Positions 32,252 to 43,110 of a stretch of 64,000 nucleotides of DNA are shown here, one piece after another (within the stretch, counting starts at the first letter, position 1; every line of letters begins with the position of its first letter). This stretch comes from Syntrophales bacterium. GTDB taxonomy: Bacteria > Desulfobacterota > Syntrophia > Syntrophales > UBA4778. The translations under genes were made by a program, and so were the position numbers. Below the pieces are notes generated by a model. It did not search any database and had not been told where the DNA came from. It saw only the letters and a program-made list of their open reading frames with translations. Where the stretch lies: NCBI GenBank assembly GCA_963665615.2, contig CAXXQE010000001.1:62001-126000 (forward strand). The letters are read 5' to 3'.

Positions 32252-33212
32252 GACGCCTCCTGTCTCGGCGCGTCCTGAGACGTTCCAGGAGGCTTGCAAA
32301 TCCTCCCGCCAGACCACGCGGCAGGTACATTATCATGATAATGAGTAGCAGACCGTAGACGATGACATCGAGGTCCTGGAAAACCCGTAGACATTCCGGA
32401 AGCAGCGTGAGGATGGCGGCGCCGATAAAGGAGCCATAGATGCTGCCGAGCCCGCCGACAATCACCATCGTCACTAACTCCACCGAGGTGTTGAAGCCGA
32501 AAGAAGTCGGCGAGATGAAGGTCATGGTGTGGGCGTATAGGCTCCCCGCAACCGCCGAAATGGCGGCGGAGAGGGCGAAAATCTGGACTTTCAGCAACCG
32601 CACGTTGACGCCCATGACGAGGGCAGCCGTCTCCGAATTGTGAATGGCGCGAAGGGCTCGACCGATCCGGGAGTCGGAGAGGTTAAAAGACAGGCGCATT
32701 GTCAGAAGCACGAAAAACCAGATCAGGAAATAATTCTTTACATCGCTGTCGAAGACGACAGGGCCGATGGCGAGGTTCGGGATGCCAGGGAGTCCCGAAG
32801 GGCCTCCTGTCCAACGGACGGTTTCATTAAAACAAATATAGAGAATGATACCGAGGCCGAGGGTGGCCATGGCCAGATAGTGTCCTTTGAGCTTCAGGAC
32901 GGGAAAGCCGATGACAAAGGCCAGCAGCCAGACGACGATGAGCCCCAGGAGCATTGCCAGCCAAGGGTTGGCGCCGTATGTTGCTGTGAGAACGCCGGAG
33001 AGGTAGGCGCCGAGTCCAAAAAATCCTGCATGTCCTAAAGAGATCTGACCGGCGAATCCAAGCAGAAGATTCAGCGCGACGGCCAGCATGGTATTGATCC
33101 CGACGAAAATCAGCACATTCAGGAGAAAACTCCCCTGGAGACACAGGGGTGCCAGGACGATCAGAGCGGCGAAGATCAGAAACAAGAGCAGTTCTTTTTT
33201 GGGTTCCGTCAT
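32244..33212 (-). CDS. livM: LivM-type ABC permease
   Basis: GQISLGHAGFFG and KGHYLAMATLG motifs. Confidence 0.9.
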   Translation of the reverse strand: MTEPKKELLLFLIFAALIVLAPLCLQGSFLLNVLIFVGINTMLAVALNLLLGFAGQISLGHAGFFGLGAYLSGVLTATYGANPWLAMLLGLIVVWLLAFVIGFPVLKLKGHYLAMATLGLGIILYICFNETVRWTGGPSGLPGIPNLAIGPVVFDSDVKNYFLIWFFVLLTMRLSFNLSDSRIGRALRAIHNSETAALVMGVNVRLLKVQIFALSAAISAVAGSLYAHTMTFISPTSFGFNTSVELVTMVIVGGLGSIYGSFIGAAILTLLPECLRVFQDLDVIVYGLLLIIMIMYLPRGLAGGFASLLERLRTRRDRRRHA

Positions 33213-33248
33213 GGCGGTATATTGCGGCAGGCCAGCAAGATGATGCGA

Positions 33249-34134
33249 TCAGACCCGGTCCGTTTCTCCTTTGCTGAAGAGGCCCTGGGGCCGGATAAAG
33301 AGGATCAGCAACAGGATGATAAAAGCGGTGGCGTCCTTGTACCCTGAGGACAATACCCCTGCGCTGAGCGATTCGAGGGTTCCCAGGAGGAGTCCCCCGA
33401 CAAGAATGCCGATTCCCCCGGTTAGTCCGCCGATAATGGCGGCGCAGAAGCCCTTGAGTCCCAACATGATTCCGACGTCGTATGCGGTCATGGTCAGGGG
33501 GGCGATGATGATGCCCGCAATCGATCCCATGGCGGAACTGATCATAAAGGACAGCAGAACCATTCGTTTGACATTGATGCCGACCAGACCGGCGGCACGG
33601 CTGTTGTAAGAACAGGCACGCATCGCCTTGCCGGTGATGGTGAAACCGAAAAAGACTTTATTGGCGACGATGACCAGAATCGTGATGCCAAAGATCCAGA
33701 GGTGCTGCGGCAGAAGGGTTGCCCCTGCCAGGTTGATCGGGTTGTTTCCGGAGAAGGCAGGCAGGGCATGCGTATCTTTTCCCCAGATCAACATGGCGCA
33801 CCCGCGAATCAGGATGCTTGCCCCGATGGTAATGATGACGAGCGACAGCGGGGAAGCGTCTTTGAGCGGCCGGATGGCCAGCCGCTCAAAGGCAACCCCG
33901 ATGGCTGTTGCTGCTGTAACGGCCAGCACGATTGCCCCCCATCAACGGAACGTGCGGCAGCGTCATGAAAAAGAGGGTTAAAACGCCCCCCAACATGACG
34001 AACTCGCCCTGGGCAAAGTTGATGATGCCCGTCGCGTTATAGATGATGGCAAATCCGAAGCCGATCAACGCATAAATTGCACCGGTCGAAAGGCCGGAGA
34101 CGATGTATTGAAAAATCTGTTGAAAACGATCCAT
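33249..34134 (-). CDS. livH: LivH-type ABC permease with a +1 frameshift in a G6 run at about 33935-33940
   Basis: The N-part (GIINFAQGEF) and C-part (ERLAIRPL...) join in frame if one G is removed, giving MGAIVLAV. Confidence 0.85.
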
Positions 34135-34144
34135 GCCCCTCAGC

Positions 34145-35296
34145 TTATTTTACAAGCGTCCAGTCTTTCTGCTTGATCTGAACCAGAACAAAGGCCTCTT
34201 TGGTCAGCCCAGCATGGTCCTGCGGTGAAAAGCTGAAGATGCCTCCGATGCCCGGGAAGTCTTTGATCTTCTCCAGCTGATCGCGGATGGCAGCCGGGGA
34301 GTCGCCGCCCTTTTCGATGGCTTCCTTCAGGAGCATCGTGGCATCCCAGGCGTGTCCCGCGAAGTGATCGCCTTCTTTGTTGTAATGCTTCTGGTAATCA
34401 GCGATGAATTTCTGCAAAAAATGTTTCTGCTTGTCCTTGGCAGGAAGCAGGTCGGCCACCAGCACCTTTCCGGACGGCAGAATAATGCCTTCGGCGCTGT
34501 CACCCGCCAGTTCGATGAATTTCTTTGAAGAAACCCCATGGCTCATGAATACAGGAATCTTTAGACCCAATTGCTGGACATTGCGGGCGACCACGGCGGG
34601 TCCGGGATTGGTTCCCCAGCAGACGAGCACCTGGGCTTGTCCGCCGCGTACCTTGGTCAGCTGGGCCGTCATATCCGTATCTTTGGGACCGTAGGTATCG
34701 TCGGCGACGATCTGAATGCCATATTTGGAAGCCTGGGCGATGAGCTGCTCACGACCGGAGGCTCCGAAAGAGTCCGAAACGGTCAGGATCGCGATTTTGT
34801 TGAGTTTGGCCTTGTTGAGGTGTTCGTAGATCTTGGCGACCGCCAGGCTGTCGTTCTGCGCCGTTTTAAAAACCCACTTTTTGACCGGATCGGTGATCTT
34901 GATCCCCGCAGCGCAGGAGATCAGAGGGATCTGTGATTTTTCCACGATCTGAAGGATGGCCATGGTGTCCCCGGTCGTGCTGGGACCGATGATGGCTACG
35001 ACCTTGTCATCCTTAATCAGACGTGCTACTGCCTGAACCGCCTTGGTGGCGTCGCCCTGGGTATCGTAAGCAATCAGCTGTAGCGGCCGCCCTTTGATGC
35101 CACCGGCCTTGTTGATTTCATCGACAACCATTTGGGCAGTGTTGCGTTCCGGTTCACCCAGGAATGAGGCTGGACCGGTTACGGAAAAAAGCGCCCCGAT
35201 TTTAATGGGTGCTGCGGCCATGAGGGCACCCGGCAACACGCAGGTCGCCGTCAGCAGAAATAGAACCCCAAAAGCAATTGATTTGAATCGTTTCAT
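34145..35296 (-). CDS. LivK/LivJ-family periplasmic substrate-binding protein
   Basis: Signal peptide, IKIGALFSVTGPASFLG and INKAGGIKG motifs. Confidence 0.92.
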   Translation of the reverse strand: MKRFKSIAFGVLFLLTATCVLPGALMAAAPIKIGALFSVTGPASFLGEPERNTAQMVVDEINKAGGIKGRPLQLIAYDTQGDATKAVQAVARLIKDDKVVAIIGPSTTGDTMAILQIVEKSQIPLISCAAGIKITDPVKKWVFKTAQNDSLAVAKIYEHLNKAKLNKIAILTVSDSFGASGREQLIAQASKYGIQIVADDTYGPKDTDMTAQLTKVRGGQAQVLVCWGTNPGPAVVARNVQQLGLKIPVFMSHGVSSKKFIELAGDSAEGIILPSGKVLVADLLPAKDKQKHFLQKFIADYQKHYNKEGDHFAGHAWDATMLLKEAIEKGGDSPAAIRDQLEKIKDFPGIGGIFSFSPQDHAGLTKEAFVLVQIKQKDWTLVK

Positions 35297-36083
35297 TTCT
35301 CCCCTCCTCCAATATGCTAGCGTTTCGATTGACTCTTATAGGCCAAGTTTCGGGAGCCTGTCAACGACAAAACCGGCCGGGTGCTGTCGGTTTAATTTGT
35401 CAAGGAATACGATCCGTTCAATCCGGATGCGAACGCATTGCCCCGTCTGCTGCGGCGTATTGCAGGGTTAACGCAGTGCGCTTGTCTGAACATCCTCCCT
35501 GAGGATCTGAGCCCTCCCGGTTTTTATTCCGGTAAATTCTTCCCTTCTCCTGCGATGTCGCTGCGCCTATAGCGGCGTTTTCTCTTTGATGCTTCGTGAA
35601 TTTGCATGTAACCCTACGAACCCCCGTAAAAAACCTTGACAGACATGGGTGGATTTGTTACAAGGCGCGCAAAGTAACAGGCCCTTTTCGTCTGCAAGAA
35701 AAGGGTGGGTGTCGGGCAGTTCGGATTATCTCACTATCACGTTTCGTTTCCACAACTTGCCGCAGTGTTTAGACGCCCCATCCGAGGCGCGCCAGCCTCA
35801 ACAGATTCCTTGATCCAGTAGCCATAGCCGTGTGGCCCACGGATCGTCTTCGCGCAAATTGCCTTTGCGAGTTCATCCGGCCCGAAAACCGGTTTTTTGG
35901 GGGTGCACAGGATAAGAAGTTCTTTTCGTCGTCGAGGAGGGGTGACGAAACAAACCGGTTTATCTTCCGGGTTTCCGGCATCTCCTTTCATGCCTTTAAC
36001 TTTTTTGACTTGAGAAGCGGTTTGCGATCCGTTCTGTTCGGGGACGGCGAAGATGGGCCATTCTTTGTAGTGGAGGCGTATCG

Positions 36084-36269
36084 ATGCAGATAAAAAATCT
36101 CGAGCTAAGGGACCTGTTATTAAAGTTGTCTGAAGAACAACGGCGTCTTGCCGAGCTCTTCGCCCAGGCCCTGGGGGAGGACCACGTGTTGGACTGTATC
36201 AAGCGAAACAAAGAGACCTTCACCATGGGCGAAGACGATGAGCAGCACGGGCCGGGATGGCAGGGCTAG
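36084..36269 (+). CDS. Small hypothetical protein (61 aa)
   Basis: GGAGG RBS 7 nt upstream, helical-looking sequence, sits in intergenic space. Confidence 0.5.
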   Translation: MQIKNLELRDLLLKLSEEQRRLAELFAQALGEDHVLDCIKRNKETFTMGEDDEQHGPGWQG

Positions 36270-36291
36270 CTGCCGCCCCCCTTCTGATTTC

Positions 36292-38118
36292 TTAAAAATC
36301 CCTTTCTTCTTTGCGTTTCACCGAAAGACGTTTTGTGGCGTCGAGTTCCATTTTCCGCAGTCGGATGCTCTCCGGAGTGATCTCTACCAGTTCGTCCTCT
36401 GCGATGAATTCGATCGACTGATCCAGGGACAGAAGCGTCGGGGGGCGCAGAACAACCGTTGCATCGGAGGAGGAACTGCGCATGTTGGTCAGTTTTTTCT
36501 CCTTTGTAATATTGACGTCCAGATCTCCGGTCCGGTTGCGCTCTCCGATAATCATCCCGCCGTAAACTTCCGTCCCCACCTCGATGGAGAGTTCTCCGCG
36601 ATCCGCCATGGCATGGCAGGCATACGCAGTCACTCGGCCGATGCGGTCAGCGACCATCGCCCCGCTGGTACGCTGGGGGATGGCGCCCGACCAGGGTTCG
36701 TAACCCTCGAAGAGGGCATTCATGACCCCGGAACCTTTAGTGTCCGTCAGGAAGTGACTCCGGAATCCGATAAGGCCCCGCGAGGGAATCAGAAATTCCA
36801 GGTTGACGCGACCGCTGCCCTTGTTGATGAGGTTCACCATTCGTCCCTTTCGGGTCGAGAGCTTTTCCGTGACGATGCCGACAAATTCTTCCGGGACATC
36901 CAGAAACACATGCTCCACCGGCTCCACCGTTTTGCCATCCTGCTGCTTGGTGATGACGCGGGGTTTGGATACCATGAATTCGTAGCCTTCCCGGCGCATC
37001 GTCTCAATCAGAACGGCCATCTGAAGTTCGCCACGTCCCGAAACATCGAAGGCGTCCGCCCGGTCTGTCGAATTCATTCTGATCGCCACGTTGCGCAAAG
37101 CTTCTTTTTCGAGACGGTCTTTCAGGTGCCGTGAGGTTAGGTACTTGCCCTCTCGGCCCGCAAAGGGGCTCGTGTTGACATAGAAAACCATCGAAACGGT
37201 TGGCTCGTCAATCTGGATCCGCGGCAGCGGGCAGGGATTTTCGGCCGACGAAATGGTATCGCCGATGCAGACGCCTTCCAGGCCGGCAACGGCGATGATA
37301 TCTCCCGCCTCCACCCGGTCCACTTGCCGTTTCTTCAATCCCTCGTAAGTGTAAAGGGCCGAGAATCGAGCACCGGAGACAGTGCGTTGTTCTCCGCAGA
37401 GGGTGTAAGCCTTGTTCATCTCCAGTGCGCCGTTCATCAGGCGACCGATGGCAATGGGACCGACGTAGGCGTCATAGTCCAGGTTCGTAACCAGAAATTG
37501 CGGTGTTTCGTCGTCGCAGCCCTCGGGGCCGGGAATCTTTTCCAGGACCATATCCAGCAGGGGCCTGAGATTTTCGGATTCTCCATTCGGATCCCGAAGA
37601 GCGATCCCCGCACGGGCATTGGTATAGAGGATCGGAAATTCAATCTGGTTTTCGTCGGCATCGAGATCGATGAAGAGGTCGTAAACCTCGCTGACGACCT
37701 CCTCGATCCGTGCGTCCTTGCGGTCGATCTTGTTGATGACCAGAATAATGGGCAGCTTTTTGGCCAGAGCCTTGCGCAGCACAAATCGCGTCTGGGGGAG
37801 GGGGCCTTCGCTCGAATCGACCAAAAGCATGGCGCCGTCCACCATGTTGAGGCTTCGCTCTACCTCGCCACCGAAATCGGCGTGCCCCGGCGTATCGACG
37901 ATGTTGATCTTGACGTCCTGATAGAGGATGGCGGTATTTTTCGCCATGATCGTGATACCCCGCTCGCGTTCGAGGTCCATCGAGTCCATGACCCGTTCCT
38001 TGACCTCTTGATTTTCCCGGAACACCCCCGTCTGTTTAAGCATGCAGTCAACCAGCGTGGTCTTTCCGTGATCGACGTGGGCGATAATGGCGATATTGCG
38101 GATATTCGATTTTCTCAT
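36292..38118 (-). CDS. typA: Translational GTPase TypA/BipA
   Basis: [29 protein letters not shown] and EDELVEITP motifs. Confidence 0.97.
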   Translation of the reverse strand: MRKSNIRNIAIIAHVDHGKTTLVDCMLKQTGVFRENQEVKERVMDSMDLERERGITIMAKNTAILYQDVKINIVDTPGHADFGGEVERSLNMVDGAMLLVDSSEGPLPQTRFVLRKALAKKLPIILVINKIDRKDARIEEVVSEVYDLFIDLDADENQIEFPILYTNARAGIALRDPNGESENLRPLLDMVLEKIPGPEGCDDETPQFLVTNLDYDAYVGPIAIGRLMNGALEMNKAYTLCGEQRTVSGARFSALYTYEGLKKRQVDRVEAGDIIAVAGLEGVCIGDTISSAENPCPLPRIQIDEPTVSMVFYVNTSPFAGREGKYLTSRHLKDRLEKEALRNVAIRMNSTDRADAFDVSGRGELQMAVLIETMRREGYEFMVSKPRVITKQQDGKTVEPVEHVFLDVPEEFVGIVTEKLSTRKGRMVNLINKGSGRVNLEFLIPSRGLIGFRSHFLTDTKGSGVMNALFEGYEPWSGAIPQRTSGAMVADRIGRVTAYACHAMADRGELSIEVGTEVYGGMIIGERNRTGDLDVNITKEKKLTNMRSSSSDATVVLRPPTLLSLDQSIEFIAEDELVEITPESIRLRKMELDATKRLSVKRKEERDF

Positions 38119-38130
38119 TTTATTCCCCGT

Positions 38131-38278
38131 AGGCTGTTGAAAAAGGCTCATATACTGCGTTGCGCTTCGGATCTCGCATGCTCACATACGCTCACAGTAT
38201 GCTCCGCTGCTCGCTCCTCCCCGATCACTAATTCGGGACAAGCGCGACGCCTTGTCTCTAAGCCTTTTTGAACAGCCT
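38131..38278 (+). mobile_element. Miniature inverted-repeat element (family C), copy 1
   Basis: TIR AGGCTGTTGAAAAAGGCT...AGCCTTTTTGAACAGCCT. Other copies at 51093 and 54615. Confidence 0.8.
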
Positions 38279-38360
38279 GTAACTTCATTGTATCGTTTGT
38301 GAATAATAAGTGGCACAGCCGTTTTGAACTCGGAACGCTAAACCCAGAACCCGGAACTTA

Positions 38361-39428
38361 TCAGACTCCCGATCTTATGTTGAGTATATCGCTGTCCTTC
38401 ACGATATATTCTTTCCCCTCGAGGCGGAAGCGCCCCTTTTCCTTGACGGCCTTTTCAGAGCCGAGTTCAATCAAATCATTATAGGTAAAGCACTCAGCCC
38501 GAATGAAGCCGCGCGCCAGATCGGTATGAATAGTCCCGGCGGCGTCAACGGCGGTCATGCCCTTGTGGAGCGTCCAGGCCCGCACCTCGTCCTGGCCGAC
38601 AGTGAAGAAGCTGATGTAATTCATCGTCTGATAGGCCAGGTTAGTCAACCGGTCCCGGGCGGAGGTTTCGATACCCATATCCTGCATGAAATCCCGCGCC
38701 TCTTCCGGATCGAGCGCGGCCAGGTCCATCTCGAAGCGGCCGCTGAATTCGACGGTGTTGTAGCGGGTCTGGATTTCAGCGACCAGGTCGCCGCTTTTTC
38801 CGAAGCGGGTCTCGTCGGAGTTCAGGATCACCAGCAGGGGCTTCTGTGTCAGGAACTGAAAGCCGCGGATCAGCCGCTGATCTTCCTCGGCGATGTCGAG
38901 TTCGCGAATGGAGCGGCCCTGATTCAACTGATCGCAGATCCTTCGGAGGATCGCGTCTTCCGCTTTCAAAGCGGGGGTCGCTTGCCCGCGCTTGAAACCC
39001 GCCTCGATCCGCTCCAGCCGCGTCTCGGCGAGGATCAGGTCGTTCAAGAGGATTTCCGATTCGATCAGTTCCAGGTCTTTCTGTGGAGAGATGGTTTCGT
39101 GGATATCGTCCTGAAAGTTTCTGAGGACAACGCCCAGGGCATTGACGTTCTTGATGAGCCCCATGGATTTACCGGCAAAGAGTTCCTTCTTGGTTCCGTC
39201 CTGGACCAGGCCCGCAAAGTCCATGAGTTCGATCGTGGCGTAGATCGTCTTCTTTGGCTTGAACATTTCTGAAAGCCGCGTAACACGGTCATCGCGGACT
39301 TCCACGACCGCAAGATTGGGTTCCGATTTGCCGCCGGAGAAGACGCCTGTATCCGCTGTGGCGCCCGTCAGCGCATTAAAGACAGTGGTCTTGCCGGAAC
39401 CGGGCAGTCCAATTAATCCGATTTTCAT
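38361..39428 (-). CDS. ychF: Obg-family ATPase YchF
   Basis: GLPGSGKTT, FFTVGQDEVRAW, IHTDLARGFIRAE and RLEGKEYIVKD motifs. Confidence 0.93.
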   Translation of the reverse strand: MKIGLIGLPGSGKTTVFNALTGATADTGVFSGGKSEPNLAVVEVRDDRVTRLSEMFKPKKTIYATIELMDFAGLVQDGTKKELFAGKSMGLIKNVNALGVVLRNFQDDIHETISPQKDLELIESEILLNDLILAETRLERIEAGFKRGQATPALKAEDAILRRICDQLNQGRSIRELDIAEEDQRLIRGFQFLTQKPLLVILNSDETRFGKSGDLVAEIQTRYNTVEFSGRFEMDLAALDPEEARDFMQDMGIETSARDRLTNLAYQTMNYISFFTVGQDEVRAWTLHKGMTAVDAAGTIHTDLARGFIRAECFTYNDLIELGSEKAVKEKGRFRLEGKEYIVKDSDILNIRSGV

Positions 39429-39560
39429 GCGAGCACTCCTTTAATAGAGAATATCCGGCGCGGAAAGGCAGACCGCGGCTGCCAAACCGACATGCTTCGG
39501 CGGATCCTTTTGTGGTTTGCGGCGGCAGGGGCGGGGCAATGATGCTTCGCAGCCAGGCAT

Positions 39561-39599
39561 AAAAAAATGGCACTTCTCAGACCTGCCAAGTGCCATTTT
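39561..39599 (-). terminator. Intrinsic terminator after the cold-shock gene
   Basis: AAAATGGCACTT...AAGTGCCATTTT with a U-tract on the minus strand. Confidence 0.7.
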
Positions 39600-39621
39600 G
39601 CTCTAATCAATTAGGGTCGCT

Positions 39622-39822
39622 TTAGATCGATTTGACGTTGGTTGCAGCGGGACCCTTCTTGCCTTCTTCAATATCAAAGCTGACGCGCTGTCCCTCATAC
39701 AGGGTTTTGAACCCGTCATTCACAATCGCGCTGTAATGAACGAATACGTCGCCCCCGTCTTCTTTTTCGATGAATCCGAAACCCTTCTTCTCGTTGAACC
39801 ACTTTACTTTACCTTCCGCCAT
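39622..39822 (-). CDS. Cold-shock protein (CspA family)
   Basis: [15 protein letters not shown] and DVFVHYSAI motifs. Confidence 0.96.
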   Translation of the reverse strand: MAEGKVKWFNEKKGFGFIEKEDGGDVFVHYSAIVNDGFKTLYEGQRVSFDIEEGKKGPAATNVKSI

Positions 39823-40038
39823 GGAAATACCCTCCCCCATTCAATAAATTTGCTCTAAAGTCGGACTGCATCGTGACGGCAAGAAAAAAAACCACCAAGG
39901 CTCTTAAAGAGCGTGGTGGTTACCGTTGCGCTTCAAAATGTCCTTCCAACTTTTCTACTCCTTCCACCTGCCGGCTGTCAATGAAAGGATTAAATTTGCT
40001 GGAATTCTACTTTTATTTTTTACGGGAAGTCAAGTTTT

Positions 40039-42342
40039 TTATTTATTTTTAAACACCTTGGCAAAGGGATTATTGAAAGGCTGCGGCTGCTTTTTGCCTT
40101 GCTCCGGTCTGCGATCCGGCGCGGGTTTTCCGGCACCGGCCTTGTGATTGCGAGGCGGTCGGGGCGATTGGGCGTCGGCCGTGCCTTGCGCGGCTTTCTT
40201 TTCACCGGGGGCGCTTTTCATGGAGAGCGAGATCCGCTTGCGGTCCAGATCCACGGCCAGCACCGTGACCGTCACCTTTTGCTGCACCTTCACCACCTGA
40301 TGGGGATCGGTCACGTAGCGGTCGGACAATTCGCTGGTGTGAACCAGTCCGTCCTGATGGACGCCGATATCGACAAAGGCGCCGAAGGCCGTCACATTGG
40401 TGACGATTCCGGGCAGTTTCATGCCGGGCGTCAGGTCCTGCATTTTCTCGATGCCCTCTGCGAAGGAGAAGCGTTCAAAGGCCTGGCGGGGATCCCGCCC
40501 CGGCTTTGCCAATTCCTGCATGATGTCGTTCAGTGTCGGGAGCCCCGTCGCTTCCGAGACGTAGCGATTCAGATCGATCTGCTTGCGCAGGGCGGCGTTC
40601 AGCATCAGGTCCGAAACCGTGCACGACAGATCGGCCGCCATCTGCTCAACGACCGCGTAACTCTCAGGGTGGACGGCGCCGGCGTCGAGGGGATTCGCAC
40701 CGCCGCGGATGCGGAGAAAGCCCGCTGCCTGCTCGAAGGCCTTGTCTCCCAGACGCTGGACGCATTTGAGAGCCGAGCGCGACTGGAAGGGACCGTGTTC
40801 ATCGCGGTAGGCGACGATGTTCTTTGCTAACTGAGGGCCGAGCCCTGAGACGTATGTCATGAGTTGTGCGCTGGCCGTGTTGACCTCTACGCCGACAGCG
40901 TTGACGCAGCTCACGACGATATCGTCCAGCCCCTTCTTCAGGAGACTCTGATCCACGTCATGCTGGTACTGGCCGACGCCGATGGCTTTCGGTTCGATCT
41001 TGACGAGTTCTGCCAAGGGGTCCATGAGTCGCCGGCCGATCGAAACGGCGCCGCGTACGGTGACGTCCTGTTCTGGGAATTCGTCACGCGCGATCTTGGA
41101 GGCGGAATAGACCGAGGCGCCGCTCTCGTTGACCATGACGATGTCCACGGCGGCCGGCAGTCCCAGCTGGCGCACGAAGCTCTCCGTTTCGCGCCCGCCG
41201 GTGCCGTTGCCGATGGCGATCGCCTCGACGGCGTATTCGGCACAGAGTCCGCCGATACGTTCCGCCGCTTTCCTCCGCTGATCTTCCGCCAGAAGCGGAT
41301 AGATCGTTTCGTTGTGCAGCAGCTTGCCCTGGCGGTTCAGACAGACAACCTTGCAGCCTGTCCGGATGCCAGGATCGATGGCCAGGACATTTTTCTGTCC
41401 CAGCGGTGAGGCGAGGAGCAATTCGCGCAGATTGCCGGCGAAGACCGCGATGGCCTGCTCGTCGGCGCGTTTTTTCGTCGCCATCCGCACTTCTGTTTCC
41501 ATCGACGGTGCCAGGAGCCGCGTATAGCTGTCAGTGAGGGCCGTTCGGACCTCGGCGGCGGCTAAATTGTCCGCCTGCACGAAGAGCTTTTCTAAAAGGC
41601 TTATGGCCTCGGTCTCCGGCGGCGCAACGGCAAGGGCCAGCATCTCTTCCTTTTCCCCACGACGCATGGCCAGAATCCGGTGCGAGGGCGCCGTCGTGAC
41701 CGGTTCATTCCAGTCGAAGTAGTCGCGGTACTTTTGCCCCGCGTCCTCCTTGCCGGCGATGACGTGGGACTTAAAGACCCCTTTGCCCATGAACAGTGCG
41801 CGCATCTCGGCGCGCGCCATCGTGTCTTCGTTGATCCACTCGGCTACGATATCCCGCGCGCCGCTCAGGGCCTCATCCGCCGAGGCGACACCCTTCTCCG
41901 GATCGATGAACGCCGCGGCCCAAACGGCGGGTTCTCCCGCTTCCTGCGCGAACAGGCGCGCGGCCAGCGGCTCCAGGCCCTTTTCGCGGGCCACCATGGC
42001 GCGGGTCCGGCGTTTCGGACGGAAGGGCAAGTAGATGTCTTCCAGGACAGCCAGCGTTTCGGCGGCGACAATCTTCTGTTGCAACTCTTCCGTCAGCAGA
42101 TCCCGTTCCGTAAGCGATTTGAGGATGCTTTCGCGCCGCTTGTCCAATTCCTCGAGCTGTTCCAATCGGTCCCGAATGGCCGTGATCGCAACCTCGTCGA
42201 GGCTGCCAGTGGCTTCCTTGCGGTACCGGGCGATAAAGGGGACGGTGCCACCTTCTTCGATGAGTCGTGCGGTCGCGGTGACCTGGGAAAGGGACAGATT
42301 CAGTTCCGATGCGATTTTTCCGGCATGTACGTCAAGGATCAT
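40039..42342 (-). CDS. tex: Tex-family transcription accessory protein (S1 domain)
   Basis: TVPFIARYRKEATG, DPGIRTGCK, GVGQYQHDV and FGAFVDIGVHQDGLVH motifs. Confidence 0.95.
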   Translation of the reverse strand: MILDVHAGKIASELNLSLSQVTATARLIEEGGTVPFIARYRKEATGSLDEVAITAIRDRLEQLEELDKRRESILKSLTERDLLTEELQQKIVAAETLAVLEDIYLPFRPKRRTRAMVAREKGLEPLAARLFAQEAGEPAVWAAAFIDPEKGVASADEALSGARDIVAEWINEDTMARAEMRALFMGKGVFKSHVIAGKEDAGQKYRDYFDWNEPVTTAPSHRILAMRRGEKEEMLALAVAPPETEAISLLEKLFVQADNLAAAEVRTALTDSYTRLLAPSMETEVRMATKKRADEQAIAVFAGNLRELLLASPLGQKNVLAIDPGIRTGCKVVCLNRQGKLLHNETIYPLLAEDQRRKAAERIGGLCAEYAVEAIAIGNGTGGRETESFVRQLGLPAAVDIVMVNESGASVYSASKIARDEFPEQDVTVRGAVSIGRRLMDPLAELVKIEPKAIGVGQYQHDVDQSLLKKGLDDIVVSCVNAVGVEVNTASAQLMTYVSGLGPQLAKNIVAYRDEHGPFQSRSALKCVQRLGDKAFEQAAGFLRIRGGANPLDAGAVHPESYAVVEQMAADLSCTVSDLMLNAALRKQIDLNRYVSEATGLPTLNDIMQELAKPGRDPRQAFERFSFAEGIEKMQDLTPGMKLPGIVTNVTAFGAFVDIGVHQDGLVHTSELSDRYVTDPHQVVKVQQKVTVTVLAVDLDRKRISLSMKSAPGEKKAAQGTADAQSPRPPRNHKAGAGKPAPDRRPEQGKKQPQPFNNPFAKVFKNK

Positions 42343-42575
42343 GGGTTTGCTCTACTCCGAGTCATATTAATAAAGATGCATATTGTAGAAATGGAAGATC
42401 GACCTTCTATCAGGTATTCTCGCTTTTGGCAAGCACCCGCCGGTGGCGACCATGAGAGAGACTTTAGTATATTTGATTACAGGACAACAAGCGGGCGGAA
42501 AACATATCCCCGGGCGGTAAAGTGTGATATGATCCGCCGCGAAAAGATCACCCGTTCGAGAAAGGAAGCGAGGCA

Positions 42576-43073
42576 ATGGAAGCAAAGAAAGTCAGCGACA
42601 GTGCGGTTATCCTGGCTCAGCATATGATTCCGCCGGATGCCAATGCCATGGGCAACGTCCACGGCGGCGTTATTATGAAACTCATCGATTCGGCAGCGGG
42701 GGCCGTTGCAGCGCGGCATGCCCGAAGCAATGTGGTGACCGCTTCGGTGGATCGGTTGGATTTTCACAATCCCGTCTTTGTCGGAGAGTTGGTTACGATC
42801 CATGCCAGCGCCAACCTCGTCGGTCGAACCTCTATGGAGGTCGGGGTCCGGGTCGAATCGGAGGATTTTCTTACCGGAAATGTGCGCCACACCTGTTCGG
42901 CGTACCTCACGATGGTGGCGTTAGACAAAACCGGCCGTCCGCGGGAACTGGCGCCATTGTTGATTGAGGGGGCGGAGCAGATTCGTCGCAATGAGCAAGC
43001 GAAGGAGCGGCGCGCGATGCGTTTGCATGAACGGAAAAAGGAAGCGGCGTCTCGATCGGGAGCAGAACAGTGA
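42576..43073 (+). CDS. Acyl-CoA thioesterase (hotdog fold)
   Basis: DANAMGNVHGG and GRTSMEVGV motifs. Confidence 0.92.
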   Translation: MEAKKVSDSAVILAQHMIPPDANAMGNVHGGVIMKLIDSAAGAVAARHARSNVVTASVDRLDFHNPVFVGELVTIHASANLVGRTSMEVGVRVESEDFLTGNVRHTCSAYLTMVALDKTGRPRELAPLLIEGAEQIRRNEQAKERRAMRLHERKKEAASRSGAEQ

Positions 43074-43110
43074 AAAGGGCCAGTAGACAAATGGATGAGG
43101 TGGGGAACTC

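Noticed and set aside
38119..38151. MSLFQQP N-terminal extensions of TypA and LeuA in the ORF track
   Set aside because: They derive from the family C element TIR; true starts are placed at 38118 and 54579.
38311..38326. TGGCAC as a sigma-54 -24 box
   Set aside because: No TTGC at the required -12 spacing.
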